Assembly (NCBI GenBank): GCA_026400435.1
Contig: JAPLOZ010000019.1
Span: 5,311 to 69,310, forward strand
Source of the DNA: Hyphomicrobiales bacterium
Lineage (GTDB): Bacteria > Pseudomonadota > Alphaproteobacteria > Rhizobiales > Rhizobiaceae
Direction of reading: 5' to 3'
DNA length: 64,000 nucleotides
Notes under the pieces: generated by a model
Database searches by the model: none
The model's input: the letters and a program-made list of their open reading frames with translations, nothing else
What the model was told of the DNA's origin: nothing
Part shown: positions 52,995 to 61,077 of the stretch, piece by piece
How the letters are laid out: each line of letters begins with the position of its first letter
How positions within the stretch are numbered: the stretch's first letter is position 1
Translations under genes and position numbers: made by a program

Positions 52995-53208
52995 GGTACC
53001 GCATGGTCGGCGCCATCGACCCCGTGAACGCGCGGAGACTGGACCAGCCTGGATACTTGATAGCATTTCCCCGTATTTCTATGGTGACGGCCAAGAGGGA
53101 CATTGTGGCCGAGCATCCGCGAAAATCTGGAGAATGGACCACTCGGGCAAGCTGGGGGCGACATCCCGGTGCGCAACGCCGATGTCCCGGGCGATCCGAT
53201 CGTCGCTC

Positions 53209-54120
53209 ATGATATCCGTCGTCATCCCAGCGAGAAACGCCGCCGGGACAATCGGCGCTGCACTATCCAGCCTCGACGCCGACAGGCAATTGATCGGCGA
53301 GATATTGCTGATCGACGATGGGTCGGATGACAGTACGGTCGCCGAGGCGCGGACGATTGCGGAACGTGACGGGCTTCCCCTTGAGATCATGCGCGTCGGT
53401 TTCGGCAATGCCGGCGCGGCGCGCAATGCCGGGATTGCAAAAGCGCGCGGTGACTGCATTTTTTTCCTCGACGCTGACGATCAGGTCATCCCTGGCGGCG
53501 TTGCGCTTCTGCGCGATGCGCTGCGCGCCCATCCGGAAGCTGGCCTCGCGGTAGGGGCTTCCATCCACCGGGCCAGCCACTCCCAGAAGTTCAAGGTGCC
53601 GGGAGCGTATGGCGCGGACCGTACAGCAAATGCCCGCGCCTACCTGTTGAACGAACTGCGCTCCATCACGGTAGGCAGCGCGCTTGTTTCGGCCAAGGCG
53701 ACCGTAGGCGTCCGTTTTCCCGAAAGGATTGGTCTCGACGAGGATACATTGTACTGGGCCGCCATCTTGACCCGCGCCCGCGTCGCTACCATCGAGCAGC
53801 CTGTGCTGGTCTATAATCTCGACCAGGAGCGTATGGCAGAACGCTTCGTGGCCAATCCGCGCAAGGTCTTTCTCGACATCGCGCTGGAACTTGAGGCGCT
53901 ACAGGCTTTCGGCATCGACAAGGCGACGCTGCGAAAACGCAAGGTCTTCATAGCGCAGCGCATCGCGCGACACCTGATCAGAAGACGCCGGTTCGAAGAC
54001 GCGGCCCGCATGATGAGAGCGGTGCCGATACGATTAGGCCGTCGGCACGACTTCAAATCGCTGCAATACCGAGCGCGCATAGCTTTCGGTCTGGTCGCCC
54101 GGCGGCTCGGTTTCGAATGA
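53209..54120 (+). CDS. Glycosyltransferase family 2 (GT-A)
   Basis: ISVVIPARN, LIDDGSDDST, ARNAGI, FFLDADD. Confidence 0.9.
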   Translation: MISVVIPARNAAGTIGAALSSLDADRQLIGEILLIDDGSDDSTVAEARTIAERDGLPLEIMRVGFGNAGAARNAGIAKARGDCIFFLDADDQVIPGGVALLRDALRAHPEAGLAVGASIHRASHSQKFKVPGAYGADRTANARAYLLNELRSITVGSALVSAKATVGVRFPERIGLDEDTLYWAAILTRARVATIEQPVLVYNLDQERMAERFVANPRKVFLDIALELEALQAFGIDKATLRKRKVFIAQRIARHLIRRRRFEDAARMMRAVPIRLGRRHDFKSLQYRARIAFGLVARRLGFE

Positions 54121-55346
54121 GCGGCGCAGCGACCCTATCGGCATCGACCGCGGCGAGACGCATCCTCATACTGACGGTGGACCCGGCCTTTCCGCCCGTG
54201 TCGGGTGCGGACCTCAGGAACTACCAGAATGCGAAGGCGGCAGCGCGGTTCGGTAACGTGTGCCTGGTGTCCGTTCGACCCGATGAAAACAGCCACGCCC
54301 CGGATGGCAACATCCGGACGGAGGCATTGACCAGGCGTGGCGACGCTCGCTCTGGGGCGCTCAGGCGGCGACGCACTGGAATCGAGCCGAGGATACCGAT
54401 CGAGGCAGCGGAAAGGCTCGACGGCCTCGTTCGCGACTTTGCGCCGGACACGATCGTCGTGGAAGGCATCCCGCTTTTCGGGCTTATCGCCCGGTTGCGC
54501 AGCCGCGCGCGCTTGCTGGTTCTCGACATGCACAACGTCGAATCCCTGCTTGCCGGGCAGGTTTCGAGCCGCCGCAATTCCGTCGAAAGTCTCCTGCCGT
54601 TTCGCTGGACGGAGCAAGGGCGCATCCTGGAACTGGAACGCAGCGCGCTGGCGATGGTCGATTGCGTCTGGGTCTGTTCGCAGCTCGACGGCGCCAGGGT
54701 CGGCAGGCTGTTCGGAGCCGCGGTACCGATAGTCGTCGTGCCCAATGGGATACCCCGCTTCGAAGACGTGCCCGCCAGCCTGCCGCCTTTTCCGGACAAG
54801 GGGCACGGATGGCCCAGCCTGCTGTTCGTCGGACATCTGGGATATCCGCCCAACGTGGCGGCGGCCGAGAGGCTCGCCCGCAACATCCTGCCCGCCGTCC
54901 GGCTGGAACTTCCGCAGGCGCGGGCGCTCATCGCCGGACGCAGGCCGGATCCGCAAGTCCTGTCGCTCGCCTCCTTGCCCGGGGTCGAAGTCGTGGCGGA
55001 TCCGGCGGACCTGACACAGCTGTTTCGCGGCAGCCACCTGGCCGTCATGCCGCTGTCTGCGGGCGGCGGAACCCGGATAAAGATACTCGAGGCAAACGCG
55101 CACGGCATAGCCGTGATCGCCACGGCGACCGCCGCAGAGGGCCGGGCGGTTGAAAACGGCAGCGACATCGTGATCGCCGACACCGACGCGGCGCTGGCGC
55201 AGGCGGTTGTATATCTGTGCGCTGACCCGGAGCGTCTGGAACGGCAGCGCAGGATCGCCTACGACAGAGCTGTTTTCGGATTTGGTCCGCCGGCTATACA
55301 GGCTGCCGTGGCCGTGGGGCTTGGAGTGCCGGCAGATGCAGAATGA
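54117..55346 (+). CDS. Glycosyltransferase family 4 (GT-B)
   Basis: FPPVSGADLR, LDMHNVES, VVPNG, FVGHLGYPPN, GGGTRIKILEA; ATGA overlap with the GT2 gene. Confidence 0.88.
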   Translation: MSGAATLSASTAARRILILTVDPAFPPVSGADLRNYQNAKAAARFGNVCLVSVRPDENSHAPDGNIRTEALTRRGDARSGALRRRRTGIEPRIPIEAAERLDGLVRDFAPDTIVVEGIPLFGLIARLRSRARLLVLDMHNVESLLAGQVSSRRNSVESLLPFRWTEQGRILELERSALAMVDCVWVCSQLDGARVGRLFGAAVPIVVVPNGIPRFEDVPASLPPFPDKGHGWPSLLFVGHLGYPPNVAAAERLARNILPAVRLELPQARALIAGRRPDPQVLSLASLPGVEVVADPADLTQLFRGSHLAVMPLSAGGGTRIKILEANAHGIAVIATATAAEGRAVENGSDIVIADTDAALAQAVVYLCADPERLERQRRIAYDRAVFGFGPPAIQAAVAVGLGVPADAE

Positions 55347-55382
55347 GTCACGGTGCTGGAAGTCGGACCATGGACTGTCGGC

Positions 55383-56969
55383 ATGATCCCTCCAATCCTG
55401 CACCAGACCTGGAAGACGGACGAGGTCCCCGAGCAGTTCAGGGCATGGGGAGCAAGCTGGCAGCGCCACAACCCCGGCTGGACGCGCATGTTCTGGAGCG
55501 ACAGGACCCTGCTCGAATTCGTCGCAGAGCACTATCCGGATTTCCTTGGGACATTCAGCAGCTACAGGCGGGGTATCCTGCGCGCCGACGCTGGAAGATA
55601 TCTGCTGCTACACCATTTCGGCGGGGTCTATGCCGATATCGACTGCGAATGCGTTGCGTCATTCGAGCCGATCATGGGCGAAGAGCGGGCGGTGCTGTGC
55701 AGGGAGCCGCAGTCGCACTACGCCGACCAGGCAGGTTTCCGCGGACTTCCCTACCTGCTCTTCAACGGCACGATGGCTAGCCCCCCCGGGCATCCGTTCT
55801 GGCTGCACCTCCTGTCCTATCTGCCTGGGCTGGCACACGCGAAGGAGGCCATCGACGCGACCGGCCCCGCCGTGATGACGTCGGCGCAACTGAGTTTTGC
55901 CGACCAGGCCTTGTTGTCCATTCGCCCGCCCGCGCTGTTCACGCCGCTCGACCGTGACGGCAACGAGCCGAAGGACAGCGCGACGAATGCCGGGCAGGAA
56001 GCCGCAACGCTTTCGATACATCACTGGGCGGGCACCTGGTGGTCCGAGCGACCGCGCGAAAGCTTGTGGAACGCAGTCCGGCGGCAGTTCTACAAGGCGC
56101 GGTACCTGATAACCCGGGGCGCGCAGTTCGACCCGCAAGCGGCAAGCAACAGTGTCGACCGTACGGTTGTCGACAGGCCACCGCCTTCCGGCGAGGCGAT
56201 CGCAATCCTGGTGCCGCTGCGCGACGCCGCCGAGCACATCGCGCCGTTTCTCGCGGCCATCCAGTCGCTCGACTATCCAATGAACAGGATCAAACTGGTG
56301 TTCTGCGAGGGCGACAGTCAGGATAGCACCTGGCAAGCGCTTCAGGCGGCGGTGGAACCGTTGCGCGCGATGTTCCGCGACATCGTCCTGCTGCAACGCG
56401 ATGTCGGCACGAAGTTCGAGCGCAAGAAGCGCGCAAAGCCCAGGCTGCAGCGCCAACGTCGCGTCGGGCTGGCCAAGGTGCGCAATCACCTGATCCGACA
56501 CGGACTGGACGACAGCGACGACTGGGCTCTGTGGGTCGACATCGATGTCTGGCGGTTTCCAGCCGACGTGGTGCGTACAATGATCGGGACGGGCCACCGG
56601 ATCGTCGTGCCGAACTGCGTGCGGATCCCGGGAGGAGATACGTTTGACCTGAACAGCTTCGTGACGACGATGCCCGACCGGGACTATCGCTACTACCGCT
56701 CGACGGTCCGCGGGCTGTACCAGCCTCCGGCCGATTTCGGCGGACGCCTGGCGCTGAGCGATGTGCGCCATCTGGAGAAGATCGAAATGCACGGCGTCGG
56801 CGGCACCATGCTTCTGGTTGACGCATCGCTGCATCGCGGCGGGCTGCTGTTCCCCGAGAAGCCGTACCGGGACTATGTCGAAACGGAAGGTTTCGGCGTT
56901 CTTGCACGCGATCTGGGCGTCGCGCCCTTGGGTCTTCCGCGGGTCGAGATCGTCCACGTGCCGTGGTGA
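55383..56969 (+). CDS. Two-domain glycosyltransferase: GT32 (Och1/Sur1-like) plus Anp1/Mnn9-like (GT62)
   Basis: N-terminal IPPILHQTWK..RADAGRYLLLHHFGGVYADID..HHWAGTW; C-terminal LAKVRNHL..WALWVDIDV..IVVPNC..FDLNSF..GVGGTMLLV..VETEGFG..GLP..IVH. Confidence 0.82.
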   Translation: MIPPILHQTWKTDEVPEQFRAWGASWQRHNPGWTRMFWSDRTLLEFVAEHYPDFLGTFSSYRRGILRADAGRYLLLHHFGGVYADIDCECVASFEPIMGEERAVLCREPQSHYADQAGFRGLPYLLFNGTMASPPGHPFWLHLLSYLPGLAHAKEAIDATGPAVMTSAQLSFADQALLSIRPPALFTPLDRDGNEPKDSATNAGQEAATLSIHHWAGTWWSERPRESLWNAVRRQFYKARYLITRGAQFDPQAASNSVDRTVVDRPPPSGEAIAILVPLRDAAEHIAPFLAAIQSLDYPMNRIKLVFCEGDSQDSTWQALQAAVEPLRAMFRDIVLLQRDVGTKFERKKRAKPRLQRQRRVGLAKVRNHLIRHGLDDSDDWALWVDIDVWRFPADVVRTMIGTGHRIVVPNCVRIPGGDTFDLNSFVTTMPDRDYRYYRSTVRGLYQPPADFGGRLALSDVRHLEKIEMHGVGGTMLLVDASLHRGGLLFPEKPYRDYVETEGFGVLARDLGVAPLGLPRVEIVHVPW

Positions 56970-56984
56970 GGTCGGCTCAAGAGA

Positions 56985-57013
56985 AAGGCCGCAACCCCTG
57001 CGGGTGCGGCCTT
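56985..57013. terminator. Terminator hairpin between the convergent GT cassette and rpoH
   Basis: AAGGCCGCA-N11-TGCGGCCTT; minus strand continues TCTCTT. Confidence 0.7.
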
Positions 57014-57035
57014 CCTGTCGGACGTGCAACTGTGA

Positions 57036-57947
57036 TCAGGCGGCAGGCTGGGCTTCGATGGTCCTCAAGGCCTGAAGTTGACGTTTTGCGGCAGCCTTGA
57101 CGGCATCCTGCACCTTTTCGAACGCGCGGACCTCGATCTGGCGGACGCGTTCGCGGCTGATGCCGAACTCTTCCGACAGTTCTTCGAGCGTCATCGGTTC
57201 CTCGGCGAGGCGGCGCGCCTCGAAGATGCGCCGCTCGCGTTCGTTGAGCACCGAGAGCGCGCCGGCAAGCATGGAGCGCCGGTTGTCGAGTTCATCCTGT
57301 TCGACCAGGATCTGCTCGGCATTGTCGTGATCGTCGACAAGCCAGTCCTGCCATTCGCCGGACTCCCCTTCCGACGCGCGGATCGGCGCGTTGAGGGAAG
57401 CGTCGCCGGAAAGGCGGCGGTTCATCGACACGACTTCCTCCTCCGAGACGTTGAGCCTGGTGGCGATCTCGGTGATCTGGTCCGGCTTGAGGTCGCCGTC
57501 GTCGAGCGCCTGAATCTTGCCCTTGACCTTGCGAAGGTTGAAGAACAGACGCTTCTGATTGGCGGTGGTGCCCATCTTCACAAGGCTCCACGAGCGCAGG
57601 ATATATTCCTGGATCGAAGCCTTGATCCACCACATGGCATAGGTGGCCAGCCGGAAGCCGCGCTCCGGCTCGAATTTCTTGACAGCCTGCATCAGGCCGA
57701 CGTTGCCCTCGGAAATCACCTCGCCGATCGGCAGGCCGTAGCCGCGATAGCCCATGGCGATCTTGGCCACGAGCCGAAGATGGCTGGTGACGAGCTTGTG
57801 GGCCGCGGTGGTGTCCTGATGCTCCTGGTACCGCTTGGCGAGCATGTACTCTTCCTGCGGCTGAAGCATCGGGAAACGCCTGATTTCCTCAAGATAGCGG
57901 GAAAGTCCGCCCTCTCCGGAAACAATGCTGGGTAGTGACTGGGCCAT
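57036..57947 (-). CDS. rpoH: RNA polymerase sigma-32 factor
   Basis: LVTSHLRLV, EGNVGLMQAVKKF, RpoH box QKRLFFNLR, ISRERVRQIE. Confidence 0.96.
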   Translation of the reverse strand: MAQSLPSIVSGEGGLSRYLEEIRRFPMLQPQEEYMLAKRYQEHQDTTAAHKLVTSHLRLVAKIAMGYRGYGLPIGEVISEGNVGLMQAVKKFEPERGFRLATYAMWWIKASIQEYILRSWSLVKMGTTANQKRLFFNLRKVKGKIQALDDGDLKPDQITEIATRLNVSEEEVVSMNRRLSGDASLNAPIRASEGESGEWQDWLVDDHDNAEQILVEQDELDNRRSMLAGALSVLNERERRIFEARRLAEEPMTLEELSEEFGISRERVRQIEVRAFEKVQDAVKAAAKRQLQALRTIEAQPAA

Positions 57948-58034
57948 CTAGCGCCCTCCTCTCTCTTGACTGCCCCCATTTCAAGGCGGGCATGTGACGC
58001 GGCCGCATTTTCGCGCATCCGGGTCAACCGACAT

Positions 58035-58062
58035 ATATAGGAACAAAACCGGAAAATACAGG
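58035..58062 (-). promoter_or_regulatory. Putative RpoH-type promoter upstream of rpoH
   Basis: Minus strand CCTGTA-N15-CCTATAT, compared with the rhizobial RpoH consensus CTTGAA-N15/16-CCTATAT. Confidence 0.45.
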
Positions 58063-58132
58063 GATTTGTTCAATCCTAAACAGATTGTAATGTTCCTTTG
58101 AACGATGCCAGCGCGATTTTTTGAACTGGACT

Positions 58133-59224
58133 TCAGGGATACTGAAGAGCGCCAAACGCTGTCACGAGAGCAGCCATGTCGGCTGGCATGGGAGCCTCGA
58201 AGCGCATGATCGCACCGCTCACCGGGTGGGAAAAGGCAAGAAGTTGCGCATGCAGCGCCTGGCGCGGAAAATCATTCGTCATCGTCCGCAGCGGCTCGGG
58301 CAGGCGGTTCGCCTTGGTCCTGAACGCCTGGCCATAGTCGCGATCACCGATCACCGGGTGACCGATATGGGCCATGTGGACACGAATCTGGTGCGTCCTG
58401 CCGGTTTCGAGGCGGCATTCAAGCAGCGCGGCGCGTGCGCCGGGCGGCGTCGGGGAGCGCTGCCTGCCGGGATGCGCGGTACCCGACCCTTCAAGGCCAA
58501 ACCTTTCGAGAACGCGGTAATGCGTGACGGCGCCTCGGGCATCCGACCTTTCGGCCGGCACCACCGCCCGGCGCACGCGGTCGGCGGCGCGGCCGAGCGG
58601 CGCATCGACCGTACCGCCGTTGCGTTCGGGCGCGCCCCAGACAAGCGCCACATACGCGCGTTCCAGTTCGCCGGAGCGCCCGTGGTCGGCGAAGGCCTCA
58701 GACAAGGCGCGATGGGCGCGGTCGGTCTTGGCGACGACCATGACGCCGGAGGTATCCTTGTCCAGGCGGTGCACGATGCCGGGCCGCCTGACCCCGCCAA
58801 TGCCCGACAGGCTGTCGCCGCAATGGTGGATCAGCGCGTTGACCAGTGTGCCCGTTGGATTGCCAGCGCCCGGATGGACGACAAGCCCGGCCGGTTTGTC
58901 GATAACGACGAGTTCATCGTCCTCGTAGAGAATGCTGAGGGGGATATCCTCGCCAAGGGGCTCTGCGGCCTCAGGTTCTGGCAGTTCCACGGCGACGGTT
59001 TCGCCCGCCTTCAACTTGCGGCCGGGATCGTCGACCCCCTTGCCGCCAGCGGTCACCGCGCCCTGGCGGATGAGGGCCTGCACCCGGCTGCGGGAAAATT
59101 CAGCACCGAGTTTTTGCGTCAGCCATTGGTCGAGGCGCATGCCCGTGGCATCCGAGCCGGATTCGAACGCCACCGGTATCGCCCCTTTCATTTCGGGAGC
59201 GTGTTCGTTATCAGCGTCGCGCAT
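58133..59224 (-). CDS. rluD: RluA family pseudouridine synthase (RluD-like, S4 domain)
   Basis: RLDQWL..SRSRVQ S4 domain, DKPAGLVVHP, GIVHRLDKDTSG, LETGRTHQIRVHM, RQALHA. Confidence 0.92.
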   Translation of the reverse strand: MRDADNEHAPEMKGAIPVAFESGSDATGMRLDQWLTQKLGAEFSRSRVQALIRQGAVTAGGKGVDDPGRKLKAGETVAVELPEPEAAEPLGEDIPLSILYEDDELVVIDKPAGLVVHPGAGNPTGTLVNALIHHCGDSLSGIGGVRRPGIVHRLDKDTSGVMVVAKTDRAHRALSEAFADHGRSGELERAYVALVWGAPERNGGTVDAPLGRAADRVRRAVVPAERSDARGAVTHYRVLERFGLEGSGTAHPGRQRSPTPPGARAALLECRLETGRTHQIRVHMAHIGHPVIGDRDYGQAFRTKANRLPEPLRTMTNDFPRQALHAQLLAFSHPVSGAIMRFEAPMPADMAALVTAFGALQYP

Positions 59225-59247
59225 CGGGCATCCGGATATACATCACC

Positions 59248-59625
59248 ATGGCGCGGCCGGCACTGGACGACGAAGAGGAAAAACCGCTCGACCCGGCGGT
59301 CGAGAAGGTGCGCCGCAAGCTGGTGCGCTTCGTAGGCATCAATCTTGGCCTGCTGTTCATCGCCCTTATGGCCGTGGTGGCTGCCCTTGTCTACAAGTCG
59401 CACACTGCAGCACCCCAGGGCGAGGTCGCGGTCAAGATGCCGTCGCCTGCAGGCGTGGCGGAAGGGCGCATTGAACTGCCCGCTGGCGCGCGCATCGTTT
59501 CGCAGTCACTTTCTGGCGACAGGCTATCGCTGGCGATTGATCTCAGCGACGGCAGCCGCGCGATCTACCTCTACGACATCGCGGCGCGGCGCGTGATCGG
59601 CAAGTTCGCGATATCAGAGGAATGA
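59248..59625 (+). CDS. Conserved hypothetical single-TM protein
   Basis: EEEKPLDPAVEKVRRKLVRF plus a TM segment and beta-rich C-terminus; divergent from rluD. Confidence 0.75.
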   Translation: MARPALDDEEEKPLDPAVEKVRRKLVRFVGINLGLLFIALMAVVAALVYKSHTAAPQGEVAVKMPSPAGVAEGRIELPAGARIVSQSLSGDRLSLAIDLSDGSRAIYLYDIAARRVIGKFAISEE

Positions 59626-60017
59626 GCGATCCGGAGCGCAGACTGGCGACCGTCGCGCTGATCGTGCGCGATTATGACGAAGCGATCGCCTGGTACACCG
59701 ACAGGCTGGGGTTCTCGCTGGCCGAGGACATCCATCTCGGCGGTGGCAAACGTTGGGTGACGCTGGCCGGAACCGGCGGCGCGCGGCTTCTGCTCGCCAG
59801 GGCCGACGACGAACGCCAGTCTGTCCGCATCGGCGACCAGACCGGTGGCCGCGTCTTCCTGTTTCTAGAGACCGATGACTTCGCCCGCGACCACGCAGCG
59901 ATGATGGCCAAGGGCGTATCCTTCAAGGAAACGCCTCGCGACGAAGCCTATGGCACGGTCGCCGTCTTCGCCGATCTCCACGGCAACCTGTGGGACCTGA
60001 TCGAGCCCAGGCGCTGA
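59622..60017 (+). CDS. VOC/glyoxalase family protein
   Basis: VRDYDEAIAWY, KRWV, GDQTGGRVFLFL.TDDF, YGTVAVFADLHGNLWDL. Confidence 0.9.
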   Translation: MSDPERRLATVALIVRDYDEAIAWYTDRLGFSLAEDIHLGGGKRWVTLAGTGGARLLLARADDERQSVRIGDQTGGRVFLFLETDDFARDHAAMMAKGVSFKETPRDEAYGTVAVFADLHGNLWDLIEPRR

Positions 60018-60124
60018 CTTTCTGTCAACGGGTCGGCCTCGCGCGAACGCTGCGTCGCATACGGTTCACGTGCGCGAAGCACGGTTGCTTTTTTGGGCGG
60101 GCCAAACTATATCGCGATTTCCGC

Positions 60125-60199
60125 GCGCCCATCGTCTAGCGGTCAGGACACCGCCCTCTCACGGCGGGAACAGGGGTTCGATTCCCCTTGGGCGTACCA
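60125..60199 (+). tRNA. tRNA-Glu (anticodon CTC)
   Basis: Acceptor stem GCGCCCA/TGGGCGT, anticodon arm CCGCC-CTCTCAC-GGCGG, T-arm AGGGG-TTCGATT-CCCCT, encoded CCA; 75 nt. Confidence 0.96.
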
Positions 60200-60390
60200 A
60201 CCGTTTTCAAAAGCGCAATTCCGTCAATGGCTTGCCCTCTTCGTTGTCCAACCTAGGAGTGCGGGTTGGACAAATTTGTTATGGGTCTGGCTTCGGCAGC
60301 TGCATTTGGCCAGTGGCGCGCTTCGCGCCCCCATCGCAGTCATTCCTGGGGTTCCGTCCGCCCGCCAAAAGCGGACATTGCTAGTGCCCG

Positions 60391-61077
60391 TTAATCTACG
60401 ACAAAGCGGTATCCGACGCCCGGCTCCGTGCTGATGATCCGGGGGTCGGTGGGATCCCGTTCGATCTTCCCGCGCAATTGCCCGATGAAGACGCGCAGGT
60501 AGTGCATGTCTTGGCCATGGGCTGGGCCCCACACCGATGTCAACAGGGTCTTGTGGGTGACCACCCGACCCGCATGCCGCGCCAGGAGTAACAGCAGGTC
60601 GTATTCCTTCGGCGTAAGCTTCAGCGCCTCACCGTTGCGCTTCACAGTTCGCCTCACGGAATCGATCGCCAGGCCATCGACGGCGATATCCGTCAGCTCT
60701 CCGGCCTCCTGTATCCTATGGCGCAGCGCCGTGCGCATGCGTGCCGTCAGTTCGCCGATGCTGAAAGGTTTCTCGACGTAGTCGTCCGCACCGAGATCGA
60801 GAGCGGCGATCTTTTCCGCTTCTTGGTCGCGCGCCGAAAGAATGATGATCGGCACCTGGGACCAGCCGCGCAGCCGGGCGATCACGTCCTTGCCGTCCAT
60901 GTCAGGCAGCCCGAGATCGAGGATAACGAGCGCAGGCGCAACGGTGGCTGCGGCCTTCAGGGCCTCGGCTCCGTCCCTCGCCTCCACAACGTCGTAGCCC
61001 GCCGCTTCGAGTGCCGGCCTGAGGAAACGCTGGATCTGCGGCTCGTCGTCAACGACGAGGATTCGTTCCCGGCTCAT
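60391..61077 (-). CDS. kdpE: Two-component response regulator KdpE
   Basis: ILVVDDEPQIQRFL, LDLGLPDMDG, LTPKEY, HYLRVFIGQLRGKIE, TEPGVGYR. Confidence 0.93.
   Translation of the reverse strand: MSRERILVVDDEPQIQRFLRPALEAAGYDVVEARDGAEALKAAATVAPALVILDLGLPDMDGKDVIARLRGWSQVPIIILSARDQEAEKIAALDLGADDYVEKPFSIGELTARMRTALRHRIQEAGELTDIAVDGLAIDSVRRTVKRNGEALKLTPKEYDLLLLLARHAGRVVTHKTLLTSVWGPAHGQDMHYLRVFIGQLRGKIERDPTDPRIISTEPGVGYRFVVD

Noticed and set aside
52995-53208. 6S RNA (ssrS) downstream of zapA, or the 69-aa ORF 53003-53212
   Set aside because: I could not find the long 6S hairpin with a central bubble, there is no adjacent ygfA, and the ORF has no recognisable features. An Infernal search with RF00013 would settle it.
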